From contig CM102290.1 of NCBI GenBank assembly GCA_046563655.1, forward strand, positions 10,416,001 to 10,480,000: a DNA stretch of 64,000 bases, written 5' to 3'. The notes below the pieces were generated by a model that had not been told where the DNA came from, searched no databases, and was given only the letters and a program-made list of their open reading frames with translations. The position numbers and the translations under genes were made by a program. The stretch comes from Yuukianura sp. NJ FZ-2021 (taxonomy: Eukaryota). Of the stretch, positions 43,343-57,368 are shown piece by piece. Position 1 is the first letter of the stretch; the number at the start of each line of letters is the position of its first letter.

Positions 43343-46300
43343 TTAGGAGTCTTCTCCTGAAAGGTTATTCGTTTCCTCTCCTTTCGTATTAGCATTCTCA
43401 TGGTCAACTCCTTCAATTTTTGAAATGGCTCTCAAGGCATCAGCTCTTTGCGTACTAGACATGTGTTGAAGTAGATGCAAGATTGAGTCAACGGCAAGGT
43501 TTGGGTAAGCCTAAAAACGAATAGTAACACAATTTCACTTCAGATCAAGCAAAACAAGGCTTCATAGGCTAAAATTTTGGTCACTTACGTCCAGAAGGCT
43601 GTTCGCTTGGTGCAGAACTGCGTCGCGGCAGAAGCACTTGATATTTTCCAAGACAACTGTTTTGTCTGAAGGTCCGTCCAGTTGTTCCGAGAGCCATTCA
43701 ACTGCTGTCTTGTTGTCTTCCCACAGATGACCCTAGAAAATAAGAAAGAAAAAATAAGTTTTTAGGAAATACATCTAGAAACGATACAATCCTGGAGTAA
43801 CGTATAAGCCCATAACGGATAAACGTTTAGAACTGGCATTGAGAATTTAACTTGCCTCTGATGCTCCTTTGTCTTCAATGAACCATCGCCTGAGCATTGC
43901 ACCAACTTGCCCATGTGTTAAGCCCGACTTGACGTCTTTGATTTGAGATTCGACGCGATCTTCGAGTATGAGTCGACGCAGTCTCCAGTACAATGCTGTC
44001 CTGGCTTTCTTCCACGGAACGATATCCTGTGAAGAAAAGATTAACCTTTTATACTTACCGTCGAATGTCATCCACCATTTACTAAAGTTTGACGTTTCTA
44101 CCTGTATGACTCCCTTCTCTTGCATTCGTTCAGGAGTATCATGGAGGTCAGCAAAATGAACAGCCACTTGGTGGTACATCGGCATTAGGAGTTGTTCGCG
44201 CTCTAAGATTTTCTTCTCAATTGGAGCTTTCTCTTCTTGTTTTCCATCAGCCACAACCAATAACTCCGCTCGCAGTTTAATCAATGTCTCGTCCATCCTA
44301 TAAAACAAGAAAATATAAATTAGCAATTTCTTCCAGCTTTTCATTAACTATTTCTGCCATTCTTTACTAACCTGTGCATGGTTTTGACAAGGTCCTTGGC
44401 TCGGAATTTAATTTCTACGATTCCCTCTGGTTCAAGGATTCCACCGCGTGCATCTGGGTCAGCGTACATCTCCATATGTCTCTGATTGATTGTTGGATCG
44501 ATCACAACCCAAGCTCCTCCTCGAAGCTCTCCGAATGGCGGAATGTACACGAGAATCGGTTGCTGATAGCCACGGAGACCATCCACGATGTAGGCACCAA
44601 ACTTCACAACTTGCTCGTACATGTCTTGAAGAAATAAGGCAAGAAAATTAGCTTTCATTTTCCTAATCATTTTCAATTAGCTGTCAAAACAAACTTGGAA
44701 TTTTATTCTCTGAAAACGCATTGATCACCTTTCATTCCTCCAGAAAATCCTCGCCAGTTAGCAAAGATGATCAGTGGAAGTTCCTCTTTGCTGAAGTCCA
44801 TAATTGCTTGGGCAGTTTTATAGGCTGAATCCGGGAACCATACTTGTCCAGCTTGCGACACCGTCTGGAAAAACATAAAACAAAACAATAAGTTTCGTCC
44901 GAAATTCAGAAGCTTTACTTAAACCAATGTTTTAACTGGAAACTAACCCTGGCTTCCGAATCAAGATTGGCAGGATCCGCTGGTAGATTGAGTTCCACAG
45001 TTCTGGTCTCTACGCAAATGACACCGATTGGAATTCCACCGAGTCTAGCTCTTCCAGTGACAACAGTTTGAGCCCACGGTCTCATCAACTCGTCAAAGGA
45101 ACCAAAATCCATGAAACCAGATTCCCATTCGTTTGGATTTGCCGGATTTGCACGACCAGCCAATAGCCATCGAGGATCATATGGAGCCTTTGTAGGATGG
45201 AAAGTGATGTCTCGGTCAATTGGGTCAACAGAGGGTAGAATTGGGAGTGGAGCTCCTTTTCGTTCTGGGATGTAAGAGAGCCACTTCAACATGGAGTAGA
45301 TTCCTTCCATGTCGTGACGTTCAGTCTTATGAGAAACTCCGTTATTGTACATGATCTGAACTCCGCCCAATTGATTGTTGGATGTATACACCTCACGTCC
45401 CAAAAGCTAAAAAAAAGAAGAAAAGTTATCTGCCGTTTCAAAGAAACATTTCCACATTTGGAGATAGGTTTTGACAGAGCTGCTTGTTACCTTATTCAAG
45501 GCTCCATAACCCGTGAGAATGATGTGCGAATTTTCGATTTGAATAACTCGCTGGCCCAAACGAACCAAGTAAGCTCCGATGCCAATTGCTCGACATGTTG
45601 TCATTGAAATTGTAACAACTTCCTTGTAAGCTTGAGACGTTTCTCCAGCAATTGTTCCAGCATATCTCAAATTCTCTACACCAAGTCCATCGTCCTTGCC
45701 TGTAAAACATTGCATAAGACAAACTGTTCCCAAAAACACTTAAAATCTTCACTTTAACTTTGCTCTTGAATCTTACCAATGATGTCCGTGATTTTGTATC
45801 TGGCTTCTCCTTCATCCTCAATGAGTGTCGCATGTACAGAGTTAAAATTTGCAACCTTTGAGTAATCTTCTGGGGTCAGATATAAGTAGCGGAATCCTTT
45901 ATCTGGCTCGTTGTTATCCACCCAAGCAATTCGAAATAGATGTTTCACTTCCTCCGCTAGGCCAATTCTAGCTCCACTGTTCGCAGCGATGTAGATTCTC
46001 GGGATTCGCAGCTTTCGTGACAGTTCCGATGCATGTAAAAAGAGCTTATCTTCACGTACTCCAAACGACCCAATCAAAAATGTCATGTCGTTGGCAATAA
46101 CAATCACATCACGTCCGTTTGGATATTCCGGTGTCAGCATCGTCATTTTCCAGGCCACCATTCCAATCTATCAGAAAAAAAAAACAAAACTTAGGTCCGA
46201 GCTCCGAATATACCAAATTCCCATGGATTGGGGAATAAAATAGCGCATAAGAGAGCATAAAATCCCCGGTAAAAACCATATACTAGTAGATGACTATTAT

Positions 46301-49300
46301 TACGAAATCTTACGTCGTTTTCTCCCGGTAGTCTCTTCTGTTCAATTACATGCTCTCCATGCGCGTCCAAAACAAGTTCAACGTATTGCAAGGGATGAGT
46401 TGGCGGTTCGATATTTTCTAGAGATGAAAAAATAATACAATACGTTAACCGGTTTGCATTTTTAGCAATTTTAGTTACTTTTTTTACCGTTTGGTCGTTG
46501 CTCCACATGATCCTTCCAGATTCGATCGAGTATCTGCCTGAACATGTCTGGAAAGTCGTAGACGTAAGTGGTACCATTACTTTGAGCCTGAAATCGTTTT
46601 TGTTGAAGGTAGTCTTTGGTCATGTAGGGAGTTGATACAGGAAGACCGTGAAGTGGGCCATGTTTTGTTCCAAAGGACTCGAACTTAATCTAAAAAGTTC
46701 GATGAAACTCCAGATATAAATCATAAAGTTTTACATACAGAAAAAGAGTTTAAATTGAAAAATTACCAAGCCAGTTTTTGGATCCGTAACCTCTCGATAC
46801 ATACTGATATCCAAGTAGTAGCCGCTTTCATTGGCTAAACACAGTCGAATTGGAATGATTTTGCTATTTGGGGTTTGGCGGATAGTCATTTTCAGTTCTG
46901 CTTGAAGGACACGTAATTTCCAGAGTCTTGGGCCATATCGAAGAACCATGTTTCGAACACTTTCTTCAATCTAGACGTTACAGTTAATAACAAAAGTTAA
47001 CATCCAAAGTACCCAACACAAAGATATTATTAATATTATAGGACAATCATGTCAAATTGTCCAAATCAAACGTCAAATACCTTGGCAGGATCCATGATTA
47101 CAGTCGGAACAAAATTGAGGAAGATATGGTTACAGTCAGTTCTTTTGCTATGCGGATGTGAGAAGGCAATTTCCAGTTCATCCATTGATTCTAGCAGAAG
47201 CCGCTCTCCTTCGTTTTGCAAGTACTCGAAAGAGGCTTCTTTGGTAATGAGGTCTGAGTGTCGAATGATTGAGCGAATGAAGAATCTGTAGTCTGTGACT
47301 TCTTGGCCCTTGGCAACTTTGGCTTTACCGAGGTATAAGTGCATTTTCTGGTTAGAGGTTTGCAGAGCCTCAAGATCATAAGTTCGCATTCTGTTGATTT
47401 CCAATTGAAAAGCAAGAGCAGGTTCCAAATGGCGGTAAATTCGATCTTCTGTAAAGTTGTCTCTGAACCGATAAGTGAAATATTTCGGAAATTCCCGTCG
47501 GCTGAAATAACAAGAACGGGAACCTTTAGTTCAACACTTCGTACTTTAAAATTCAAGTTTCCATAACTATGTAATAAGTGTCAATTCGCTAACCTGTGAA
47601 GAACGATGAACGTGATTCGGCGTATGGCCCTCAACATGAACGATTCGTTGTTTCGTTGGCAAAATTTCGCGAATTTGTCACTCAGTTCATTGTCATCAGT
47701 CTCATCCATTTTGATAGCGATGTTCAGAATGTGAACGGGCTCACTCACCTGAAAATAGTTAAAAGTTCATATTTAGAACGAACACAAACACAAACTTATT
47801 CAGCTCTTTACACTTATTTAATAGTTCATTTGAAAATTATCCCACCTTGAACTCAAAGTCCATGTTGGTTGGATCACTGAAGCTAGCGCTCATGGATGTA
47901 GAGTTGTCCACGTCACCGTAAGCCAGAGGAGAATCTGGTCGCGAATCGTCGTCAGCAAATTGGTCCATTAATTCATCAAAGTAGGTTTCAAACTCTTCAA
48001 ATTTTGTGAAACCAGCCATAATACCCGTGCGTTGACAGCCGTCCATTTGCAAATAAGGCGCCTCCATGTACTGTATTTCGTCGATGGATGGGACGTGATT
48101 CAACATTATGTGGTTTGAAGCTGCCTTGTTGTGTGGAATTCTATTTAAAAATGGGCTGATTGTTAAGAACTTTAATGAGTGGTTCAGTGATTCGTCTATG
48201 GAACTTTACCGGTTTGGATGAGAGGATGGAAGAAGGAACTGGAAGTGAACAATGCACATGTCCCTGTAGAGTTCCATGTGTTGGAGACGAGTGAGTTCGT
48301 AGGAAGTATATGCTCGTCGAACGTAAACTTCCAGGGCAGCCATGCGTACAGCCTTGTTAACGTGGTAGAAAAAGTCGTGCAAGACGTCGAATATGGAGGT
48401 TTCAGACATGATAAGTTTTTGAAGATTTTCTGGATGAAAGTCGTGGCCGTACATGTCAATGGCCGAAAGGAAGATGGATTCCATTTGATTGTGACGAAGT
48501 TCGTAGGCTGGTTGATGAGCGGCAATCAGAATCTAGAAACAAATACCACAATCAATCGTCACTACTTGCACAATATTAGTCTTAATAGTTACTTAATAAC
48601 TAAAACTAATACCTAAAACTTCAGGGGCAACGTGAGATTTCCGGATTTAAAATAATAGTAAAACAAGAGGAAACAGTAAAAAGTAAGCACACATAATACA
48701 AAGGCTCACCAAGGGTAAAGTGAGATATCCTGGATTATACTATGAGTAAAACGAAAAAGTACTAATCGCAATGTGGGGGCAATACGAGGCGAACAATAAA
48801 TGAAACTTCGTTAAGGATGGTCTCAAAATATGAGACTTGTTATTTTTTCCTCACAAAGCCAAGAGATCTCCAGATTTTGGGGCAGAGTGATGCACAAAAA
48901 AAATAGTACAGCGTCGAGGAGCGTCATGAACCAGTGATGCAGAAATCCGGATTTAGCATAGTACGCGAAGTAACTAATTTGTTGCAGTAAAAGGAAATCA
49001 ATCCGGAAACAAAAAGTTAAACTTTTCCTGTGAACCGGATATAATGTGTAAGTTGGAACAAATGGTTTCATCTCAAAGGCAGCAGTAAGAAAAATGGGGC
49101 ACTGTGATACAATTTACAAAACGTCGGATTGTGGGGTACCCTGAGACAATGAACAGTTTAGACGCAGAATAACACGCAGACTTAGGAATCCAACGTTGTG
49201 TTGCATGTTTTAGTTTCAATTTCAAGCTGACGTAATTACCTGTCGAGATCGAAGAGCGACACGAGAATTTTCTGAGCGATTAAGCGTTGTAAGTTCATTG

Positions 49301-52300
49301 AGAATTGGAGCCAGTTCGTCTGTCAATCCAGGTTCGTTTGCCCAAACATGGTCAATGAGCGTCGTTACCAACATGTTCTTCTTTCCAACTTGATTGTGCG
49401 AAAAAATTATAGCAGCGACAGAGGCCATGTCATCTTTATGCTGATCCCGCAGCATGGACACACATTTGTCATAATGACCTAAAAACAAGAAACAGAAACT
49501 TGTACCACAAGAGCTCACTTCAGAACCTTAAAACATTGGCAGCACCATTTTCAATTACGAATCTCACCATGTTGAAACTGACTTTCCACCGCCAGATAGC
49601 TCTTGAGGAGATCTTGAACGGAAGTCTTCATGCGTCCTCGGATCCCGTTGCGATATCTTTGAACCAACTGGACAATTCCTTGCGTGGTCATGAAGAATAC
49701 GTCTCGGTCCGCTCGTTTCTGAAGTGTCGCAGCATGGCCGTCAATGACACTGGCAATTTGTTGACTTGGAAATTGTGCCAAGACTGACGTGATGTTACTG
49801 GCATACAGGCCCATCAACTTTCGAATTTTTTTCTCAACTGTGGAAGGAATACGGCCGGAGATTGAAGAAATCACTTCTTGCAGTTCCAATAGGGGCAATG
49901 TGGGATCCCTTAATGCCTTCATAAATTTCTCCACTATTTCCTTAATTTTCAAAGTAAAATGAGGCTCTGGTAAACAATAGCCTGCAACACAAAAAAATCA
50001 TGAAATCCATAAGAAAAGATTTGGCCAGTTTTGAAATTCTGAAAATTAGCATCCGTTGCACTACTACTTACCAGCAAAGTTATTTTCCAGTGTCAATTTG
50101 CATTGTTGATAAACTTGGTTCAGTTTGTCTCCAACAGCTGTTAGTGAGGACTCAGAGTCTGGAAACCTTCCAACAAATGGATGTGCACGAGTCACCTTCG
50201 AAGCATCATCCAATTCCAGTCGAGCAATCAATGAACCTGCATCCAGCACTGCTCCTGGACGCTTATTGTACTGAATACACCCTGACTCATTCGTTGTCAG
50301 GGTCATGACCATCTTCATTACTTCAATTTCCGCGTATGCTTGTCCAGCATATACATGTCCTCCATCTTCTACCAAGTATCCAAGCAATTTTCCAGCAGAC
50401 GGAGCTCGCAGAAGGGTTGGATCATTTTCTTTGTCAAATACGCATGTTTGATTTCCAATAACAACTCGGTAACGGTCGACTTCTTCCTTCATAAATGTCG
50501 AGTAACTGGCACCATCCACGGACAAAAGTAGACCTCCATCAGACATGTGGTGAACTTCAACTTCTTTGTAGGAATCATTTAATACGAGGAAGTACGTATT
50601 TGGGCCACTCTTGACTGCTGTCAACTTATACTTGATCCCCTCGTGGATGAGTTCGATGATCAGGTTGTTCTTCAGCGTGTTGGCTGGTAGAACTTGGCCT
50701 CTAATAATAAAAAAAAATACAATCAGCGATCAATGAACAAGCGACAGCAGCTAAAACTGAAATAGTGCAGTACTACCACGAATCAATGGGTTACGACATA
50801 CCTTTCGAGGGAGGACTGAAAATGCTGCGAAGCGTTCATGATAGTTTGGTCGGCGACATGAATGGCTCCACAGATGACTCCCAACATGACGTCAGGCTTA
50901 TCAGCTTGTACTCTTTCAGCAATGAGTGCATCGAGCCATTGAGTATCAATTGTATTTTGTTGAAATGACTCCGTCTCTAGAAGCGTAATGAGGTACTCAA
51001 CGGTTGTTCTAAAATCACCACGAATTGACAGTTCTTTCAGCGCAATCACAAGGTTCCTGCAATAATAAGAAATATTACTAATGATGTACTAAATGAATCA
51101 ATGCTTTGTTTTTTGTAGTCAAACAATCACTGATTTATCAATTTCCTTACTCTCGCGCTTGTTCTCGATCCTCTCCCCAAGAGAAGCAGTGTCCGAATTG
51201 TGAATCTGCAAATTCATGAAGACCACCAGAAGCTGCTACACTAAAGTATCCCCACACATTCTTTGACGATCGGAAATTGAGCTCTTGAACAGTTCCACTG
51301 CTGGGTTTAAACCCTTCATCCGGATTTTCACTAGTAATACGAGCAGCGATAACATGACCGTATGGCTGAGGTTTTTCTCGTGGTTCATCAAAGTCAATCG
51401 GCGTATCTCCCCAGGGGCTCTCTCCGTAGAGCTGTCTGATGCACTTGATTCGATACAACGGAATTCCCATTGCGATCTGAAAGAAAAATTAAAAATAGTA
51501 TCATATCTGTCAATTTTTACCTCATATCTGTGATGGGTCAAGAAATCAGCTGACTACACTCACTTGCAGTTGCGATGCTGGGAGGTTTACGTCGGCAACC
51601 ATCTCAGTACACGGATGCTCCACTTGGAGCCTAGGATTCAGTTCAAGGAAGAAATAGTTTCCATCAGTATCGTATAGGTATTCCACAGTTCCTGCGCTAA
51701 CGTAACCAACCATTTTTGCTAATCGAACAGCTGCCTAAAAATAAAACAAAGTTTAGTATTTTCAAAAAATGGCTTTTGTTTCGGCCAAATATTCAAATAC
51801 TGCTATATATTTTGGCTACCTTTTCCATTTCTTCAAAAATTTCCGGTTTCGCAATGATTGCGGGAGCCTCTTCGATAATTTTCTGATGACGTCGTTGAAT
51901 TGAGCAATCACGTCCGAAGAGTGAAATTGCATTGCCATATTGATCAGCCAACAGTTGAACTTCCAAGTGACGAGCACATGTAGCCAACTTCATAATGAAA
52001 ATTGGAGAGCCGGGAACTTCTGACTGAACTTGTCGGAACAAATTTGGAAATTCATCGTCATTTTCAGCCTTTCGGATTCCTTTGCCACCACCTCCTTCAC
52101 TGGCTTTGATCATCACAGGGTAGCCGATTTTATGAGCAGAATTGAGACCTTCTTCCACCGTTGCCACGCAACCCTTCATGTACAATTCATTCGAAATCTT
52201 AATTTTCTTTTCTTTCCCATGCGGAGTCACAACAATACCTGCAAAAACAATTAAATACAGTCAGTCTCAAAATTTCAAAGACTCAAAAAAAAATGAAATT

Positions 52301-55300
52301 GAAACTAATCAAGACTTACCACTGCCAGACCACGGAAGCGTAGGAACTCCAGCCGTTTGAGCAACAAAGTTTGAGGCAATTTTGTCTCCGAGAGCCCACA
52401 TTGCTTTTTCTGGAGGTCCAATGAAGGCAATTCCATTTTTGGTAAGGAGATCGGGTAGTTTTGGATTTTCGGAGGCGTGACCCCACCCAGCCCAAACTGC
52501 TTGAACTTGCATCCGCTTAGCAATGTCTAGGATGAGTTCGACATTTGCGTAGTTGTTATTGTTGGATCCGCCTGGGACTGGGACGTAGTGGTCCGCCATT
52601 TTGATGTACTCGGCATTGGCTTTGAGGTCTTCCGGGGTAACCATCACAACAAATCGAATTGCCCTTTCGTTCCGGAACATTTCGTAGGCCCAGCGCCGAA
52701 TGGAACGCATGCACTTGACAGCAGCAATTCCATTATTGGCGATGAGAACCTAACAATTTTCATAAAAGTAAATTTAGAACAGGCCAGAGCTAGTTTAATT
52801 GGTCTTTTTTCAAAATTTGTTATGCTTACTCGATTGATGACCTTGGTTCCTCCAAACTTTTTCACGAGTTCCTCAGGAGTAGCCACCGTGACATCGCGGG
52901 ATTGCGTGTGACGATTTTCCCGCAGCATTGTCCCGTATGACATACTGGGCCTGACATTTTATAAACAAAAAAAATGGGTTAAATTCGGCAAAAATAGCTT
53001 TGAAAAATCCCGTAATTTTGGTTTCTATTCATAAATCGTAGCCCTCGGCAAATCGATAACACTAAGGATCACCTCCATCTGTAGCCTTCAAGTTATTTTT
53101 CACCGAAAAACATTGCCACGTTTGACATTTGTAAAGAAAGTCAATCAAGTTCTCCATTGTTTTCGTTACAACCACACACATAGCGTTACCCCACAATTTC
53201 GAAAATCTATTCAATAGTTGATCGCCGCTAGCGAATAGTAAACAACTACGATCATCCTTCCTTACACTATTCCGTACAGAGGCATTACAACGGAAGAAGG
53301 AAGGACAAGAATTTACAAAAAGCGTTGAGCAACTTATATTTTTACAAACTTCATGGCACTTTGCATTTCCTTATCAAATTTTCATTGCACAATAAATTGC
53401 ACAAGAATGCAATCCAGAAAGTACTTGCCAATTGCTCGAAGTCCTACTGGAACTATCGAAGCTTCCATCTTCAATCAAGTGACAGCCACTACTGCTCGTC
53501 ATTTTCTCCCCCAAAAAATTAAGCGTTTAGGATGACAAACAGGAAAAACAGCGATTCAGCGCAACCAAGATGACTTCAATTAAAAAAATAAGTACACGCG
53601 AGGCCTTGTTCGTCTGCCCTCGGCTTCTTATCTGGACCAGCCACGACAACCCCTGGTTAAGGTTAACCTTTGAACCTCCAGTTCTAGCAATTTCAGCACT
53701 GTTGGTCACTCGACGCTTACGCAAGCGCTCTTCCCCGTTAGTCTTTCTGTCTACGGTTTTAAATTCTCAACGGAGTTTACTCCAAAAACTTGAGTTCTTG
53801 CCAACAACCTGTGAGAATCTGTGCGAAATCAGTGACGAGAATCTTGAAAAGTGACCCGAGGAATGTCTAGCCTCTCTCGTAAACTTTGTTTGACGCCAGC
53901 AGATGAGGGGGGACACTTTGAGTAGTAAGATTTCAAAGGAAGATAGCCACAAGGGAAATGAAATTCAAGGTGACTAGGGTTACCAAATGCCTCAACTGAA
54001 GAGCTTAACCCCTCTCACAAGACAATAGGTTCACACGGAGGGACGTCAAAGACCAAAGTAATCAACATCGTACGATCCTTCTAATTTGACTACTCTCACC
54101 CTCTGTGAATCACAAAAAACACGGATTTGAACTAAACAGGTTGGGGTTAGGGAAAACTGGATTCGGTGACTCCCAAAGATCCTGACGAAAGTAACTGCGT
54201 GTACGTGCAGTGTTTACGATTAGTTGAAATTTGAACATGCGACAGACCACTTGAGTAGTCTATGGAGAAGTTCCAAATTTTAGAATCATCCTAGGCTAGG
54301 ATTCCTAGCGGAGATGAGCAAATCCAGAATATGATTTCCTGGGAGACACTGACATATCCAGAATATAATACCCTAACAGTCAACTGCGAGACAGGAAAAA
54401 CTGGACACTTCCGTCAACTAATGCATTGCTACTGCTGGAATGTGAAATTGAAACCTAGAATGACAATAATAAGAAACACATTGAGAAATATGTCACCTCA
54501 TTTCGAGTAAACAACGGATACGGGAGATAGCCTCTAATTACACTACTGCCGTTCTAGGAAATAAATTAACAGAAGATCCAAATGTTCTCACCTGTCACCA
54601 CCAATGCACTATTGTAATCAAGTTCCATTCAAGCGGCATTAGATTAAAACTGCTATCGGCGTATTGATTGAGAAAACCAATGGAAATGACTCAGTTTCCA
54701 CGTCAAGGTCACTGCTTAACCTCCTATTTCTTCAGAAGAACCCGAGAACCCAGTTGACGTATTAAAAAAATCAGCGAAAACACTGGATAATGGAGAAACT
54801 GATAGGAACAGAAATAGGATATGTTACACCATGTTTACAAATGATTAGATTATCAATCGATTACTGTTTGAGGACCTGACAAGCCTGATGCTGCCCGGTT
54901 GACGTGAAGTAACAGTAACAACTTTGTTTGGAAGCAAAATGTTTCCATCAGATATCTACTGCAACTACTCAACAACGTAGCAGTCCCGTACTGGTAGTCA
55001 ATTCATAATTAAGACTAAAACTTGATTATAGTAATTAGTAATCAACTTGCACAATAACAAAAGAACTAAAAATCACCAGTTGTCAATTTCGGTTGAGGTA
55101 AGGATTAACGAATGCTATAGCTTCACGGGGTGTCCACAGCTTACCATTTTCAGTGGCTACAATGGGTGGCTTCACCTGAGTGGCAACTTAAGCCCCTTTA
55201 ATCTAACTTAAAGTGGCAACGTATGTTACTGCACAGGGTAGCCATGCATTGTAACCATCAAAAATGGCGCATTGGTTGCACTGTGGGGCTACAACGACGG

Positions 55301-57368
55301 TCGTTAAACCTTACCCTAACTCAATTTCATGCTTTTTTCCTGTTCAATCGCCTCATACTTTGGTTCCCGCCTTTTTCTGCTATAAAAAAAACCATAACGC
55401 CTCTTGTCTCACCAAAACAATTTAACTTACCACCGTAGGTAACTAGACTTTAAACGTTTTAACGTCAATTAACGGTAATCGTTAGTGTTAATCCTGATAA
55501 TTAAACATCTACTAATTAACTCACTCTAAATTGATTGTGCGAGACTTTTCGAAACTTTGATACAACAACACTCAAACGTTTCCTTCGAATTTTATAACGA
55601 AAACTCGACATTACCAAACATTTGAAGTTTAAATAGCACTGTTTCCCACAAATGACCAAAACATGCTACATTAATTGAAAACGTAACTAAATTAACTCAA
55701 CGTAATTAATTACTTTCTATCCAGCAAGTGTACAACTGATGTAGAAATTCTGCAATAGTATGATTTTCATACCGTGATTGTTCTACAGAGTGTTCTGTTC
55801 TGTAGTTACAACCATTGTTGCATGTTGTTACATACTTTTTGTATTTTATCACTTCCAAGAATTAGTATTTGTCTTTACCAGTTTATACCGAACGTGGTCA
55901 TTGTTTTACATTCCAAAAGAACATTGTTAAACTTGACCTCTAAAAGCGAAGCTGTGCTCTGGAAGTGGACATGCTATGCATCCGTGACATTTGACATTAG
56001 CTGCTAATGTCAACAACTAACTACAACACGTATTTCAGTGCACGCAGTTGATGCACACCAACGAACCAACAGATAAGCTCTGAACATGAGATCACTACAA
56101 GAAAACTAATTTGCACATTTGGAAATTTGAAGTGAGTTATGGATCATTTTCAAAAAAACGTGATTTTTGTAAAAACAATGCCCAGTGTAACAAATTGATG
56201 AATGACTCTAACCATTTTCCTTTTGATTTCTAGAGCAGAGCAGTTTATAGGTTACTAAAGGTCAGTATGGGTCACTGCCAGGGTCAAGTGTTGAAACAGA
56301 AGAGTTGCGGCACATTGAGCAACAGTCACGCCATATCACTTTCACAAACGTCGCAATCCATAACAACTTAAGTTTCAAGGCGAATAAATGCATATAAAGA
56401 CTTATGGACTATGGACTGTGGAGTACCGTTATGTCCATGTTAAGTCCTTTAACTTCTTATGTCACCCACTATCGTGTCCACTTGATCTCAAGGCAGATTC
56501 CCATGCTCTCCCTCCAATGACCTTGACAAACTACACTTCTAGAAACTAATAGTCGTGCCATGTCCAACTACTGAACACGACACGATTAACCCGGTTAATA
56601 AAAAAAACGACACTGACCTCAGTCGACTCCGTCGCTCAGGCCATCCAGGATGATCTGTAGTTCGGCTAGTGTCACTGGCGACACTACTCGGTCGTCGTCC
56701 AAATGTGTCGCCTGACGACGTCTCGGCAGTTGCAGCTTCATCAAATTCATCTCCATCTCCAACAACAAAATTCACACGTTGTTCATCATTAGCCTTTCCT
56801 CCTAATAATGTCAAACGTCGTTAATCAAAACAAAATCAAACATTAGCAAATAAAAACGAATTAAAAATTCGAGGAATTAAAAAATCAACATTTAGTTAAG
56901 CCCACGTCCAGAAAAATCAAAAGTTGTTCTAAAGCGTTAGAGTTTTACAAGAAACGCATAATCGCGTGAGAAATTCAACTTGAAAATAACTTCTCAACAA
57001 AATTCGCACGTTAGTTAGCATAAATAAAGGCATACTGCAAAAATTAGTGAATTGCGGGAGAAAAAATTGCCGTTATACTTATATACTATTATTATAAGCT
57101 ATGAAAGTGAATTCAAAATTAACTTTCATTTAAATTGTTCACACCTCAAAATACAAAATATTCAAAATACAGTTTGCACGCGATGTCGGGCTTTTGCACA
57201 AAACTTTTCCTTGCGTCCACAAATTAATTTTAGACCAAAACCAAGCTTGCGACAACTTAAAAAAAACTCGCTAATCTAAAATTCGTTCTTTTTTGTTTGA
57301 AAATTTTAAAAAACAATTGTAAATTTACCTGTAGGAGGACTATTGTCGTGTTGTGCAGTGTCTGTCAT
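43343..57368 (-). CDS. ACC: Acetyl-CoA carboxylase (BC, BCCP, central and CT domains)
   Basis: First exons 57368-57329 and 56801-56618, then from 52950. AMPK-site-like RLRPSMS spans a splice junction. BC motifs [13 protein letters not shown] and [15 protein letters not shown]; biotinylation motif EVMKM; CT motifs [27 protein letters not shown]. Stop at 43345-43343. Confidence 0.98.

Noticed and set aside
44027..44101. 25-aa insertion in the ACC CT region in the ORF track
   Set aside because: It is a 75-nt GT-AG intron that happens to lack stops. Removing it restores KGVIQ|DIVPW.
48533..49240. Unusually long ACC intron, possible snoRNA or alternative exon
   Set aside because: I found no convincing C/D or H/ACA box pair and no ACC-like coding frame. 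An Infernal/Rfam scan would be needed.
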